From assembly GCA_031835245.2 (NCBI GenBank), contig JAVKOQ020000067.1:62001-126000 (forward strand): a DNA stretch of 64,000 nt. Direction: 5' to 3'. This DNA comes from Balamuthia mandrillaris. Its lineage: Eukaryota. This document shows, one piece after another, positions 9,675-22,218 of this stretch (position 1 is its first letter; every line of letters begins with the position of its first letter). Below the pieces are notes generated by a model. That model worked only from the letters and a program-made list of their open reading frames with translations. It searched no databases and was not told where the DNA came from. Made by a program: the position numbers and the translations under genes.

Positions 9675-11891
9675 ATGCGTCGCGTGATGAAACGATTGAA
9701 GAAGAGGAAAGCCTCATCCTCAGGGGGAAGAGCCGCTTCGGGCATCGAGGAGGCCAGCGAGAGAGACAGAAACACGAAAACGTTCAGGACCGCCCACAAA
9801 AATGAAGAAGAAGAGAACGAAGCAACAAGACCAGAGGAAGAGGAAGAGGAGGAGGGAGAGGAGGGAGGAAGAGAAGAAGAGGAAGAGGAAGAAGGAGAAG
9901 AAGGAGAGGATGATGAAGAAGAAGAGGTTGCAGCTATTGATTCCGTGGCAGACCAGCTTCAACAAGAGCACATAAATCAATCTCCCAAAGTGCTACACGA
10001 CCACGGCCCCTATCTAGCCGCTCCCATCCACCTCCTCCTTCAGCAAGCCCTCTCCCTTCACCAGCCTCACCTCCCTCCTTCTTCTCACATGGAGGAAGAA
10101 GAAGAAGAGGAAGAAGAATATCCTCACTTTCCGCCCTCGCAACAACAACAGCAAGGCCCTCCCTTTTATTTTCAGCTGGAGATGTTGCCGTTGGAAGTGG
10201 CTCTTCACATCATGTCCTTGTTGGACGTGCGCTCGTTGTGCGTGGCGTCCAGGGTCAGCAGGGTTTACCGACGGTTGGCCGAGGATGACACGCTGTGGTT
10301 CGCCTTGTACAGGAGCAGGTGGATGAGGAGCGGCTCCACTTGCTTCGTGGGCTATGGCTGGAAGCAGCGGTATTGCGAGAGGCTTGGGCTCAACAAGAAA
10401 TGGAACTTTGAAGTGTTTGTGGCTTCCTTTTTCTTTCTTCTGCTTCCCTTGTTTTGTTAACATAGTCATTCTTTTACTTGAAAAAACTAGCAATGACCAA
10501 AAGTTCTTTGGAAAACCACAAGTGTTTGAGGCTTCGCGCTCGACTGCAAACTTCTCAGTGCGAAAATTACAAGTGGACGATAACCTTTTGGTTGCCTCTG
10601 TTGAACATCTGTCTGGAGATGTTTGTATGTTGCTGTACCTCTTCTCTTCATCGTTCTCTTCTCTCACTTTTTCTTAACTCCCAAGGCAACTCATTGCAAA
10701 TATGGGGGCTACACACCAGGAGTCACGAAAGTTTATACAGCGTCCCAGCCATCGTTTCATTTCATTTCCAGGGCTCTCTCTGTGTTTCCGGTTGCAGTAA
10801 TGGTGTTGTTCAAGGTACGATTTTTAAAATAGAAAAGGAAGAGAAACGGAGAGCGAACAAAAGGCAAGCACGAGAGAAGCAGAGAGGGAGCCAGGAACCA
10901 AGAAAGAATTCTAAATATTTGGCTTATTGGGATTATGAAGTTTGGGACATAGGGCTTAATGCAAGGCCGTTGGGCTCGTTTACTCTACAACCACAAACCT
11001 TTACGAGCATGCGCGAGCGAAGACCACCACGTGTTACTAACGTCTTCATCGACATGCACGAATCGAATTGCATTCTTGCCAGCGATTCTTACTCTTGTGT
11101 CCATGTTTGTTCCGCTCCTTTTATTATTATTTCCTTCTTCCGTTGTTTGTTATATCTCATCTCTTTCTGTCTTCTTCAATTCTTCTTTCTTTCTTTATGC
11201 TCTGTCTTTGTTTTGTAGCTTCTCGACCTTCGCACCGGCAAGCCCACCAAACGGTTAAGCCATCAACGCCGCTTCCCGCTGCGCGTCTCCGCGATGCTCT
11301 CCGCTCGCCACTATAACCTTTTCACCGGATTAGAAGATGGATATATCTTCCGATGGGATTTGAGGAACGAGAAGAGACCATTGGCCGAGGTGGCGAGCAT
11401 TCATCAGGATACTGGCGTTGACAATATCTCTTTGGGAGACACACGCATCTTGACTAGCTCCCAACGATTTAACGTTGGTGCGTTGTCTTTTTGTTTGTTC
11501 CTCTCTCTCTCATTAATTAACTTTTACAATAGCATGGAGCTCGGATTTGTCATCTTCGCACGAGATTGAACTGTGGAGTTCCGCCAAGAACATATCACTG
11601 CATCACAACGTGCTCATCTACAGTCTTGGAAACGCCATCTATGGGCACCTTCTCAGCCAAAGCCACTGTATTTTATCAACCTCCACCAAACTATTCGATT
11701 CAAAGCCGCAGAACGTCGGCAATGCAGCCACGCCAACTCTGCAAACATTCATCCCGAATCAAAGGCGTGGGAAGGACAAGCCCGACCCAAGAACGGAGGA
11801 TGAGATGAGGCACTTGGATTTCAGTTGGGAGAGGATGGCCTACGCATTGAAGAATCGGCCTTCAACAGTATTCTACTGTCCGTCCCTCTGA
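9675..11891 (+). CDS. F-box protein with degenerate WD40-like repeats
   Basis: Acidic N-terminus; F-box LEMLPLEVALHIMSLLDVRSLCVASRVSR...LW; later exons give LQIWGL, VSGCSNGVVQ/VWDI and FTGLEDGYIFRWDL. Confidence 0.8.
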
Positions 11892-11995
11892 TGAAGCTCT
11901 CTCTCCCTCTCTCTCTCTCTTCTCAAGCAAGCTTTATTGTTGGATATAACAAATACTATTAGACACATTCAAAAAAAAAATAGGCATGTATGAGT

Positions 11996-14900
11996 TCAGC
12001 GATGGGCGGCACATCGCAGCGCGTTGTCGGTAACGTAAAAAGCAGAGGGAAGCAGTGGAGAATAACAGACGCTGCAGAGGAAGCAGCCGCTGTGCCAATG
12101 CTTGCCCAGGGCCATCAAAAAGCTCTCTCCGGGGCCGAAACCTCCGTTGCATTTGCTGCAAACCTCGCTTTTGGAGCTCGTTCGTTGTGGATGATGGAGG
12201 CTGTTGAGGGTAGGAATAGAAGAGGAGGAGGAGCTTGGGGACGGAGAAGGAGAGGGATAAGGAGAAGCGGATGGAGAGGAAGGAGAGGAGGATGTGCGGG
12301 AGTAACAAGGAAGACAGATGGGTTGGCTGCCCTTCGAGACAAACTTGGACTGAGTGCCGATAGTGCATCCGCAATGGAGACAACGGAAGCAACGAGCGTG
12401 CCAATGCTTGCCCAACGCCGAGAGCGGAGCATCTCCCTCTCGCAGAGGAAACGAAGAAGAAGAGGAAGGAGAAGAAGCAAGAGGAATGGGAGCAGTGAGA
12501 ATGGATGCTCTGCAGCCGTGACAGGTGGGAGGAGCCATGACGGAAGTACTGGCGGGAGACGATGTAGCCCCTGAGCCATAACAGCCTGCGCAAAGGAAAG
12601 CCGGGCCAACAATGTAGAACGACTGCGTGCCCAAAGGAGTTTTGCAGTGCCCACAAAGGAAGCAGTGGTTGTGATAGGTGGCACTGTCAAGACGCAGGAA
12701 CTCCTCGTGGATCTCCAAACCGCATGCCTTGCATGAATGCAGGCTGGCTTTGGTTTGTTGGAGGAGAGGACCGAGAGGAGGCACGACGGGAGGAGCGTTC
12801 ATCTGCTGATGATGCTGTCTTCTGATCTGTATTTGTGGAGGAGGGGAGGTGTGCGGTCGCGTGGCAATCGCGGGGCTCGGAGGAGAGAAAGTGGGATATG
12901 GCGAAGGAGAAGATGACGAAGGCGAATCACGGGATATCCTGTCCAAGGAGGAATTGTACGGCAGCTGAGTTCGATTGTTGGTGGGCGAGGATGATGAGAC
13001 GTGCACACGAGGAGAGACGAGCGAGAGAGGGGAAGGTCTATATGGCTGTTGTAGTTGCGGTGGCTCCTGCCTCTGCAGGGCGGCCGCTGCTTCTTCCTCC
13101 TTCCTCCTTCGCAGGATTTCTTTGAGGTAGGCCAGCTTCTTCTCGTTGCGGATTCTCTCTCGCTCCTTGCGTTTCTCTTCCAGCAGCATCCAAAGCTTGT
13201 CCTCCAGAGCCATTCGTCTTTCCTCCACATGGAGCTCTCTCATCCTTCTGGCTCTCTCCTGCTCACGTCGCTTACGCTCCTCTTCCTCTTGTTGGCTTTC
13301 CTCTCTTTCTGCTCCTTCCTCCTCTTCAACTTCTTCCGCTTCTTCTGCTTCTTCTTCTTTTATGCCTTGCCTTAATGGTTCCTGTATGATTCTCTCCTGC
13401 GCTCGTTTGCCAGCTCTTTCAAGGTATTCCACTTGTTCTTCTGCTTCTTCTTGTTCAACTTGCAATTTGCTCCAACTGCGTCGTTCCTCTTCAATCTCAC
13501 GTTGTTTTGCCAGCTCCACGACAAGATCTTCCTCCATCTTTTTCAATCGCTCCTGTTCCTCTCGTAGCATCTGTTTCTCTTGTTCCTCTTCTTCTTGCTG
13601 TTGCGTGCTTATCGAAACGGCCGTGGAAGCAGCGGAAGCAGCAGAAGGTGAACTCAGCGATGCTTCCACGCCATCGTACACGACCACCAGCTCGGCATGA
13701 GACGGTTGCTGCTTGAGGTTTCTGTTAGGAGGGCTGCTGTTCCTCTGCGTCTTTCCGTAAGCTCTCGTCCATCCTGATTGCACCACCACACCACGCTGTG
13801 GTTTGGGTGGGCTTTTTTCTTCGTTCTTCGCCACCACTCTTACCGCGGTTGGCATTGGCGTTGGTAACGAAAGTTGCCTATGAGCATTGCTGTTGTTGCT
13901 GCTGTTGGAGCCATCTCCCGTTTCCACAACCAAAGTTGAAGAAGAGGAAGAAGAGGGTGGCGAGGAAGGGGAGATGGCCGAAGGAGAAGGTTTGTTCCAA
14001 TGACGAAGGACGTACAGCAAAAAGCGCTTCTGCATGTCAAATCCAGCAAGCAATGATGCCATGTCCTCCTCAGCGCAGCCCTCGTGCTCCGCCACTCGGA
14101 TCAAGCAAGGGGAGAAGACCATGGCCAGGTTCTCGTCCGTCATCTTGGTGGCTTTGACCACTTCCTCCGCCAGCATGGTGCGTTGAAGGAACTCCACCAT
14201 GTATATCATGATCTCTCGCTCCAACTCCGGCAAAGCCAACACAATGTCTATTGGTGTTTCTTTTGTGTTGATGATGTTGGCGTTGTTGCTGCTCTCGTTG
14301 TTGCTCTCGGTGTTAGCAGAAGAGACTGTCTGATCTGTTTTCGGACTGTTGAGCTGTCTTCTCCAAGTTGCTGTCTTGCTATTAGCGGTGTTTGCGGTGG
14401 TGGGCAGCTCGTTGCTATCGTCTTCAACGTTTGCTACAGCTTGTTTGCAGCGTTGAGCATAGTGAAGGGGGACTAAAGGGGTGGGCAAGTCTCGAAAGAG
14501 CTTTTTCAACATGCAGGCCGGCACGTGCGGGGAGTGGTTGGTCTTGACATAGTCCAAGTCACCGTGCTCCAATTTCTCTATGGCTTTGGTCATCTCTCCA
14601 AATGGAGGTCCTTGCCTAACATATCATATAAGAAACGTAAGAGAGGCGAGAAGCAAAGAAGAGAACGAGAGAAGATAGCAACAATCAAGAAGAGACAGAG
14701 AGCATTACCGAAAGATTCCTTCGGACCGACATCCTCCATTCAGGGCGGTGGCTTCAGCCAGTGCAATAATAGCAAGCGGTATCCTTACTCCCGGATGCGT
14801 TTCCTTCTGTCTCTCCATGAGTGTGGCCAAAGGCACACCGAATACTTTACGACTCTTGCCCTTTCGGGTGCCTCCTGTTTTTCTTGCGCTGCTCTCCTTT

Positions 14901-16266
14901 CGTATGACCCCAGTAATGGCCTTCCACGGTCGCGACGAGGTGCGTCGCTTCACTCGACTGCGTTTACGCTCCTCCGGAAACGCGGCCGCTTCTTTCTCTG
15001 CCTCTTTCATCCAGGTCTCCAGTTTGGAGAACGTGAGCTTGTTCTCCTCGTTTTGTTGGGACCATAAGCTGCACAGGCTGCTCATCGACTCCGAGATGAG
15101 CTCGTAGAGAGGTATCATGGTCTCGCAGTTCCATCGCGTTGTGTCGCGTGCCTCTGTCAGTGGTTCTGATATCTGTTATGCGAACCGTTTAGGTATTTAT
15201 GAGAAGACAGAATGGAGAAGAAGAACAAGCAGAAGCAGAGGAAGAGGAAGAAGAACAAGAAGAGTAAACAGGAACAAAAGAAGCGGGATTAAAAGTTAGA
15301 GCACCTCAAGCAGAGAGGCATAGAAGTTGTGAAGGATGGGAATTTTGTTGGTGATGAAGTCATTGAATGGCAGCATATAAGGCTCTTTCTTAAAGAGCTG
15401 CTCATTCACCAGGTTTTGAAGCAACTTCACCACAAGCAAAAGTCCTCTATGTTCTGCTGCATTTATTTCTGGTAGAGAGTACATCTATTAGTGAACGTAA
15501 CAGCCAGAGAGGTAACTGAATAAAGGAAAGAACAAAGAATAGAAGAAGAAAAAAGAAGAAGAAGAAGAACAAAAAGAAGAAGAACAAGAACAAGAACAGC
15601 GAGAAGATAAAGAAGAACAAGAAGAAAAAAGCAAAGCAGCAAGAAGCAAGCAGATAGAAGGGAGAAAAAGAAACCTGATACAAGATTATAGTGTACAGGA
15701 TTGGCAAGAGCAGGATTCAAAAAGTGGAGAAAGAGCAAACTGCTCACCCCAATAAAGCGGCTGCCCGCAAACCTTTGCTCAGAACAGTCTCCCAAATGCT
15801 TACATAACACCCGAAGCCGCCTTTTTGGTAGACGAAAGCGAAGAGGAGCAAAGTAACGAAAAACCAAAGCCAAAGCCAAAACGAAAAACAAAACGTTAAA
15901 ACAAAAAGTAAAAGAAAGAAGAGAAAGAACAAAGAGTGCAGAGACATACGGAGAAAAAAGGTGGACAGAATTGACGATGGTGGTAAACGCTTGCTCCGCC
16001 AAGCGATGGAGATGTTCTCTGTTCTTCTCTATATTCTCCTCCGGAGCGGCCTTCAAGTCGTCCAACTCGAAGGAGCCGCCTTTGGCCACTACCTCTCTGG
16101 CAGCCAGCACTATGCTGGGCACGTAGTGTTCCAGAAAGACGCGACCATCCGCGAACAAGAACTGAGTCAACACTTTCATCTCCATGTTGCTGAACCGCAA
16201 CAGCATCGCTGGTGACTCTGTTTGGGTGTTTCTGACGTGAGAAAGAGGGTTTGGTAACAAAGAAAT

Positions 16267-16309
<43 letters not shown>

Positions 16310-16897
16310 CAGAGAAGCAGAGAAAGGAGAAGAGAAGAAGTAAGAGAGGAAATTAGAGGGAGGAGAGAAGGAGAAGAGAAGAGAACGAAAGAAGTAAAAA
16401 TAGGAGAAAGAGAGAAAGAGAGAAAGAGACGTAGATAGCAGATAAGAGGAGGGTGAAGAGTATTAACTGGCTTGAAGAACGTCATGCGAAATAATGTGGC
16501 GCATCAAGGGCAAGGCCTGACCGTTATAGCACAGCACCTGCGCAAGCGCCCTGCCATATACTTCCGGGCTTTTGGCGGCACCGGCCGACCCCCCGGACAA
16601 AGCCAAAGCGGAAGGAGGAGAGGAAGGGGGAGAAGAAGAAGCAGGAGGAGAGGAGGAGAGGATAGCGTTGGCAAGAGTGGCAGCGTTTCGTTTGATAGCC
16701 GCACATTCAGCGAGGAGAAAGCGTTGAAGGGACAAATTGGAGACCAGCATCTCTTCCAGTTGAAGGAGGTTCGGGTAGAGCTCCGCATGGTTGGCACCGG
16801 AACCGGTGCTGCTGCTGGCGCTGTTGGTTCCCGAGGAAGAGAGAGCCACCTTCTTGAGGGCACCCGCTCCTCCGGAGGAAGTAAGCGGGGAAGACAT
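11996..16897 (-). CDS. RasGAP-RhoGAP-3xLIM domain protein
   Basis: RasGAP motifs (MLLRFSN, LLFLHFLNPALANP, KLLQNLVN...KEPYMLPFNDFI) splice in phase to RhoGAP (VFGVPL...EGIFR/QG, LKKLFRDLPTPL, KMTDENLAMVFSPCL). These are followed by a coiled coil and three LIM domains (CxxC...HxxCFxCxxC). Confidence 0.85.
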
Positions 16898-17451
16898 TTT
16901 TTTTGGTTTATAATGCCTTCTTTTTTACAGCAATTGTAAACCTGTGTGTTTCTTTATTACAAAAGCTGAACCGAAAGGAGAGCGGTTTTTTTTTTGTTGT
17001 TAATAGTTAGAAGGTTGTTTTGGTATAATAAGAGGATAGTAACTTTGCAAACCTTTTGTTTCCTTCAGTACTAATTCCTCTTTCTTTTTGTTGCTGTTTC
17101 TTTTGGGATTTTTAATGACCAAAACGAAAAATAACGAAAAATATTTACAGTTACGTTTCCTATAATGTGCAAGAATTAATGAAACGGTGCAGGCCAATAT
17201 CTGATCCTCCGTCGCATGAATGTGATTAAGATTTGGACTCTTTTTGCTCTTTTCCATGTAAAATTAATCGGTCTAGTTTCTACAAGGGTTGAGCAATGTT
17301 TGTGGAGTTTTTCAGCACCACTAGAACAGCTCGAATGACGTAAGCCTCGACCAATCAGCAGCCGCCATCGCTATATCTGAAAGTGAAAAAAGAGGTGTAA
17401 CGCAGAAACGGAATCTACTTTGGGATAGCACAGGACAGAACACAAGAACAA

Positions 17452-17954
17452 ATGGCAGCACATTTGCGGCGTTGGAGCGTGAGCGAGGCGGTTCGACGGA
17501 AGGAAGAGCTCGACTTTACACAGGACAAGAAAGTCAAGAAAAAGAAAGACAAGGAGAAGAAAGAGAAGAAAGAGAAGAAGAAGCACAAACTGAAGGAGAA
17601 ACACTCCTTGACGTTGCCCATCAGCTTTGCTCACCACCAAAGGGGCAAAAGCGTGGACCTCACATCGAAAAGCAAGTCACCCTGGTTCGAAGAGGAGAAA
17701 GAAAATGACAACGCAAATGCAAAGGGGACACCGACCCATAAGAGACGAGGGAGCCTCTCCGCCAGCACCATCATCTTCGGCCAGCTGAAGACCAGGCCTG
17801 AGCAGACGGAGGTGACCATCGACGAGGTCATCAGCGTTCTCTCCCGCTTGTTGAAGGGCTTGCTCACCGCCTCTCAGGTGGAGTCCATGGTGTGTAAATA
17901 TTGTAACTCCAAGGGCATCACCTCTGAGGTCTCTTGCCTCAACGAAAGGTAAGA

Positions 17955-17997
<43 letters not shown>

Positions 17998-18428
17998 AGA
18001 GAAACAAACATTCACCCAAAAGAGGTAATTTCAGGGAATTTAAAGGGCTGATGAATCGGCTGTTGGATGAGTGGATAGAAGAGATGGACACCGACAAAAA
18101 CGGGTCCATATCGAAAACGGAGTTCTACAACAACCTCAAAGAGGTTCATGGGTGGCAGGTCTCTTCTTTCTTCTTCCTTTTTCCCATCCATTGCTCTGCT
18201 TCCTTCTCATCTTTTTTTTTAAACACAATCCTGGTAATGCTGTAGACGTGGTTGATCAAGAGTCACATCAACAAAACGTTTGACAACGCGGTGGCGGCAG
18301 CGGATGTGGATGGAGACCAACAGCTCGGCAAAGAAGAGATCAAGGCTTTGTTGAAAAAATTTGCAGTGGGCGAATTGGAAATGAGTTCCGTGCTGTGTCT
18401 TCCTCCTCTCTCCAAGTTATTCATTTGA
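17452..18428 (+). CDS. EF-hand calcium-binding protein
   Basis: Three exons; EF loops DTDKNGSISKTE and DVDGDQQLGKEE; Lys-rich N-terminus; stop TGA at 18426-18428. Confidence 0.8.
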
Positions 18429-18595
18429 ATAAAAAAAGAAGAAAGAAGGAAACGACAAGAAAGAAACGACAAGAAAGAAAGAAAGAAACCACAAGAAAGA
18501 AAGAAAGAAAGAAAGAAAGAAACGACAAGGAACGACAAGAAAGAAAGAAAGAAAGAAACGACTAGAAAGAAAGAAGAAAGCCGGCTGGAAAGTAC

Positions 18596-21500
18596 TTATT
18601 CAAGCTTGTGAATGAATCCAGCAAAGTTGAGAACACGCAGCAATCTGAGAAGTTGTTCTTTCTCTTCTTCTTCGTTATTCTCCTTTTGTTGTTGTCGGCT
18701 GCCTTCTTTGAAGATGGCGATGAGATCTTTCCACAAGAAGACGTTCTCTGATTGTGCTGAAATCAACCATCGAAGTGGGTGCAGCATTTCTTTCTCTTCG
18801 ACGATGATGCTAACATGAGAGTTGGAACGAAAATCGTCATTTCCGAAGCCAACGTCCACCGTAAACGCGAAACAACTGTCACTATCATCCACGCCAAAAC
18901 GAAGTTTAAAGTATTCTTTGTCGGATAACTTTCCGTCGTTGAATCTCTTCCTTTTAGGTTTGTTCTTGCTCTTCTTTTCAACGCTGTTGTCGATGTGACT
19001 TCGCATTTCATCAGCATCATCAAATTCGTCTTCGCTGTCTTCTTCATCGTCATCATCTTCATCGACAGCAATGGGATTGCCATAATCGTTGTTATCATAA
19101 ATGGGTTCTTCATCACTGTCAAAGATGCTTTCATCCACAATAATATTCTTCCTTCGTTCATTGCGTGCTTCTTCGTCTTCTTCGTCCTCTTCATCCATTC
19201 CACCTCCAAACACGAGGTCATCCTCATCTTCTTCTGCATCTTTATTTGTTGCTTTGTCGTCTTCTCCCAAAAGTCGTTGACATCTTTTTTGCAAGGCGTT
19301 CGCTTCTTCTTGTTCTTCTCTTTCGTCTAAAGCTTTCATGCCTTCTTCCATTTCCACTAACACGGCGATTGGATTCTTTCTAAAACGGAGGCCACTAATT
19401 TCTCCTTCCGACTTCATCGTTTCTACCAAATCTCTTGTTGCTGCCATCACAACTTCGTTCTTATTCAAGTCTTTCAACCGTAAAACCATCTTTTCGCCAT
19501 AACGATAATTATCGTTTGCGTTGTCCAAAGACGTCGAAGAAGGAGAAGAAAAGAGTGATGAAGTAGAAGAAGTTGAGGAGGCAGTCGGATTCGCTTTTGG
19601 CCGATTCTCTAAGAAGAGGCAAGTAGGCAAAAGATCTTCTGCTCTGAGAGCCGAAAGCTCTTTTGGCAATTCTTCTAAAAGTTGTTGTAAATGAGCGCGA
19701 GCAGAGACAGGAGAAGCAACTGTGATGTGTTCTCTCCATTGCTCATTCTTCCAGAGCAACTGCCGAAATGCGTTGCAAAGAAGGTCTCCCCATTTGGCAG
19801 TGTCCATGGAGAAATTGATAGAGAAGGAACCTACTTCATCCGACTCAGAAACAACGTGATGGTAGTAACCAGCGGGAAAGTAAAATACTGATCCTGGTCT
19901 TTTTTTATGTATTAGTAACTTTTGAAAGGATGAGAGGAGAAGAAAAATATATTGAAAAATACCTTAAAATAAAAGTTTGAGCTTTGGAGAAGTCCAACGC
20001 AGGGACTTGTCCTCTGGAGTAAAATCGATGGCATTTGCGTTGTTCCTTTGTTGTTTCAAGGGAATGAGATTTCGAACCGGCTGAAATAAGAAAAAAAAAA
20101 AGAAAGAGCGCAAGCGACAGATAAGGGAAAGAAACGATAAGAGACAAGGAAATATACCCTATATTTTTTGCTTGGATGATAGCTGGGATTCTGACAGTTA
20201 GTGACAGGGCTGTTTATGTAGGAAGGAACGATGGTCCAGCGCTTTGTTCCTCTGACTTGAACGGTGAAGTTTTCTTGACCATCAAAATGCCAGTCCGTCA
20301 CATGTTCTCCTTTGCAGGCGAAGCATTCGATGTCTCCACCAAAGTCTTTTCAAAGGAGGAAAAGCAGGTTACAACAGCAATCGATTTAAAAAAAAAAAGA
20401 AACGTTTACCTCCTTTTATCTCCAGGCCAAAGTTGGTGCCCAGGTCTCTGGCAAGAGGTATGATGAATTTTTGCTGAGTCTCAATGGAAGGGTTGAAGTA
20501 GATGCTACATCCGCTTTGATAAAACTTCTTTGCGTTTTCGTTATCCACATAAAGATATTGTAATCCAACATCGACATCGTCCTCATCGTTCTCTTCTTCT
20601 TCATCATCTTCATTTTCCCTTTCTGTTGTTGTTTGCATATCCCCATCTTCTTTCTTCTTCTCTTTCTTATTCTTTTTGCGACGTCGGATCTGATTGAGAG
20701 ACTGAACCCATGCGATTAACTCGGTGGCTTCATCTAAGAGAGGTTCAACTTTAAAGTCCAGAAAGGCAGATTGGAGGCCGCGTAAGCGTTCTCCAGCTCC
20801 CAGCACACAAAACGCTTTCTTCTTCCACACTCTGTTTTTGTCATAGAAGAGAGAGAATGCTCAATTTTTTGTTGTGGTGGACAGACCGAAAAGAGAAGAG
20901 AAACAGAGGTATAGAGAGTGAGAGTGAGAGTGAGAGAGTGAATGAGTGAGTGTGAGAGTGAAAGAGAGTGAAAGAGAGTGAGAGAGAGGGAGATGGTTTA
21001 CTTTTCAAGAAATTCGGTTCTCGAAAGTGGCCACACGAAACAGTCCAAGCCTTTGTTATTACAATAGCAGAGAAAGAGGGTTGGTAAGCCAACAAAAATA
21101 ACGTTCTTAGATGTGAAAAGAGAAAACGAGAAGAGAAAGAAAAGAGAGAAGAGAAAAAAGCAAACCTTCAGTCAGCGGAGGCGGTTTGTTGCTTGCGGAA
21201 AGCACGGAAAACAACGAGAAAGAACCGGAGGAGGGAGCGAACAACGAAGAAGTCGAAGCGGAGGAAGAAGCAGCAGCAGAAGAAGAAGACGAAGAAGCAG
21301 TGGTATCACCCCCAAAGACCGCGTCCTTGAACCAAATGACCTCATTGTCAGTGTCCTTCGTCAACAGCTTTTTCGCTTCGCTCTCCGGCAAATGGTTCTG
21401 ATTTTTTTTTTTTTTGTTGTAGTTAACGCGAGGAGAGAAGAGAAGAGAGAAAAGCCAATCTTACATAAATCAAACGAACGGAATTGGCAGGGAACAATCC

Positions 21501-21731
21501 GGAGCTCTTTTGGGGGACGCCAGCCGCGACCTCCTCTTCCGTCGCCGTAGCTACGGCGGCTTCGGAACGGCCCGTCGTCCCGAAGAGCCAGCTCTCGTTG
21601 CTGCGGTTCCAGTCCACCAGGATGCGGTCCCCCTTCTTGAAGCTGAGCTGGTTGAACAGGATGGAGGAGTGATCCTTCAGCGCCTCCACCAGCGTCGCAC
21701 CGCCGCTCCCGCTGCTTCTGCTGCTACTCAT
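18596..21731 (-). CDS. SH3 + JmjC (Cupin_4 / RIOX-like) 2-oxoglutarate oxygenase
   Basis: Exon 1 encodes an SH3 (ALKDH...LSFKKGD...W...GLFPANSV). It splices in phase to WPLSRTEFLEKVWKKK, WHFDGQENFTVQVRGTKRW (HxD) and PGSVFYFPAGYYHHV (distal His). Confidence 0.82.
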
Positions 21732-22218
21732 TTTTTTCTTTTTTCTTTTTTTCTTTCTTTTTTTTTCCTATTATCTTTATTTTATAGGACGGTTATTCCG
21801 CACAACCTCATATCGTTGGAAATATAATATATCAAACGTTCAACATCATATTTTTACGAATGGAATATGTTCATCTGCCAACCTCCTATATTGAGGAATT
21901 TCATGACGTCATCCGGAGTTTTTTATTTTTTAACTTTGACCAGTGAGAAAAACTCCGCCAAGCGTCTTCTCTTTGAATATCGCAGTAAAAGGGGTGAGAG
22001 GGTCTTTTGGTGAGAGCATTCCCTGGTCATGCCAGTAACGTTTCTCTTTGTTTCGTAATTCTCTTCTCAAATGCTTGTTGCAGCACCAGTCATTTTTAAA
22101 ATTATTCACAACCAACCTGCAGTGTGGAAAGGGAGAAAGGCAGTGCTGTGAAGACAGACATTACATGCTTTTATTCTTTTGTGCTTGGGTTTTTGTTTGA
22201 GAAAAAAAAACAGGGAAA

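Noticed and set aside
11934..14476. Overlapping antisense and alternative-frame ORFs over the RhoGAP-LIM exon
   Set aside because: They are shadow ORFs of low-complexity coding sequence with no recognisable motifs.
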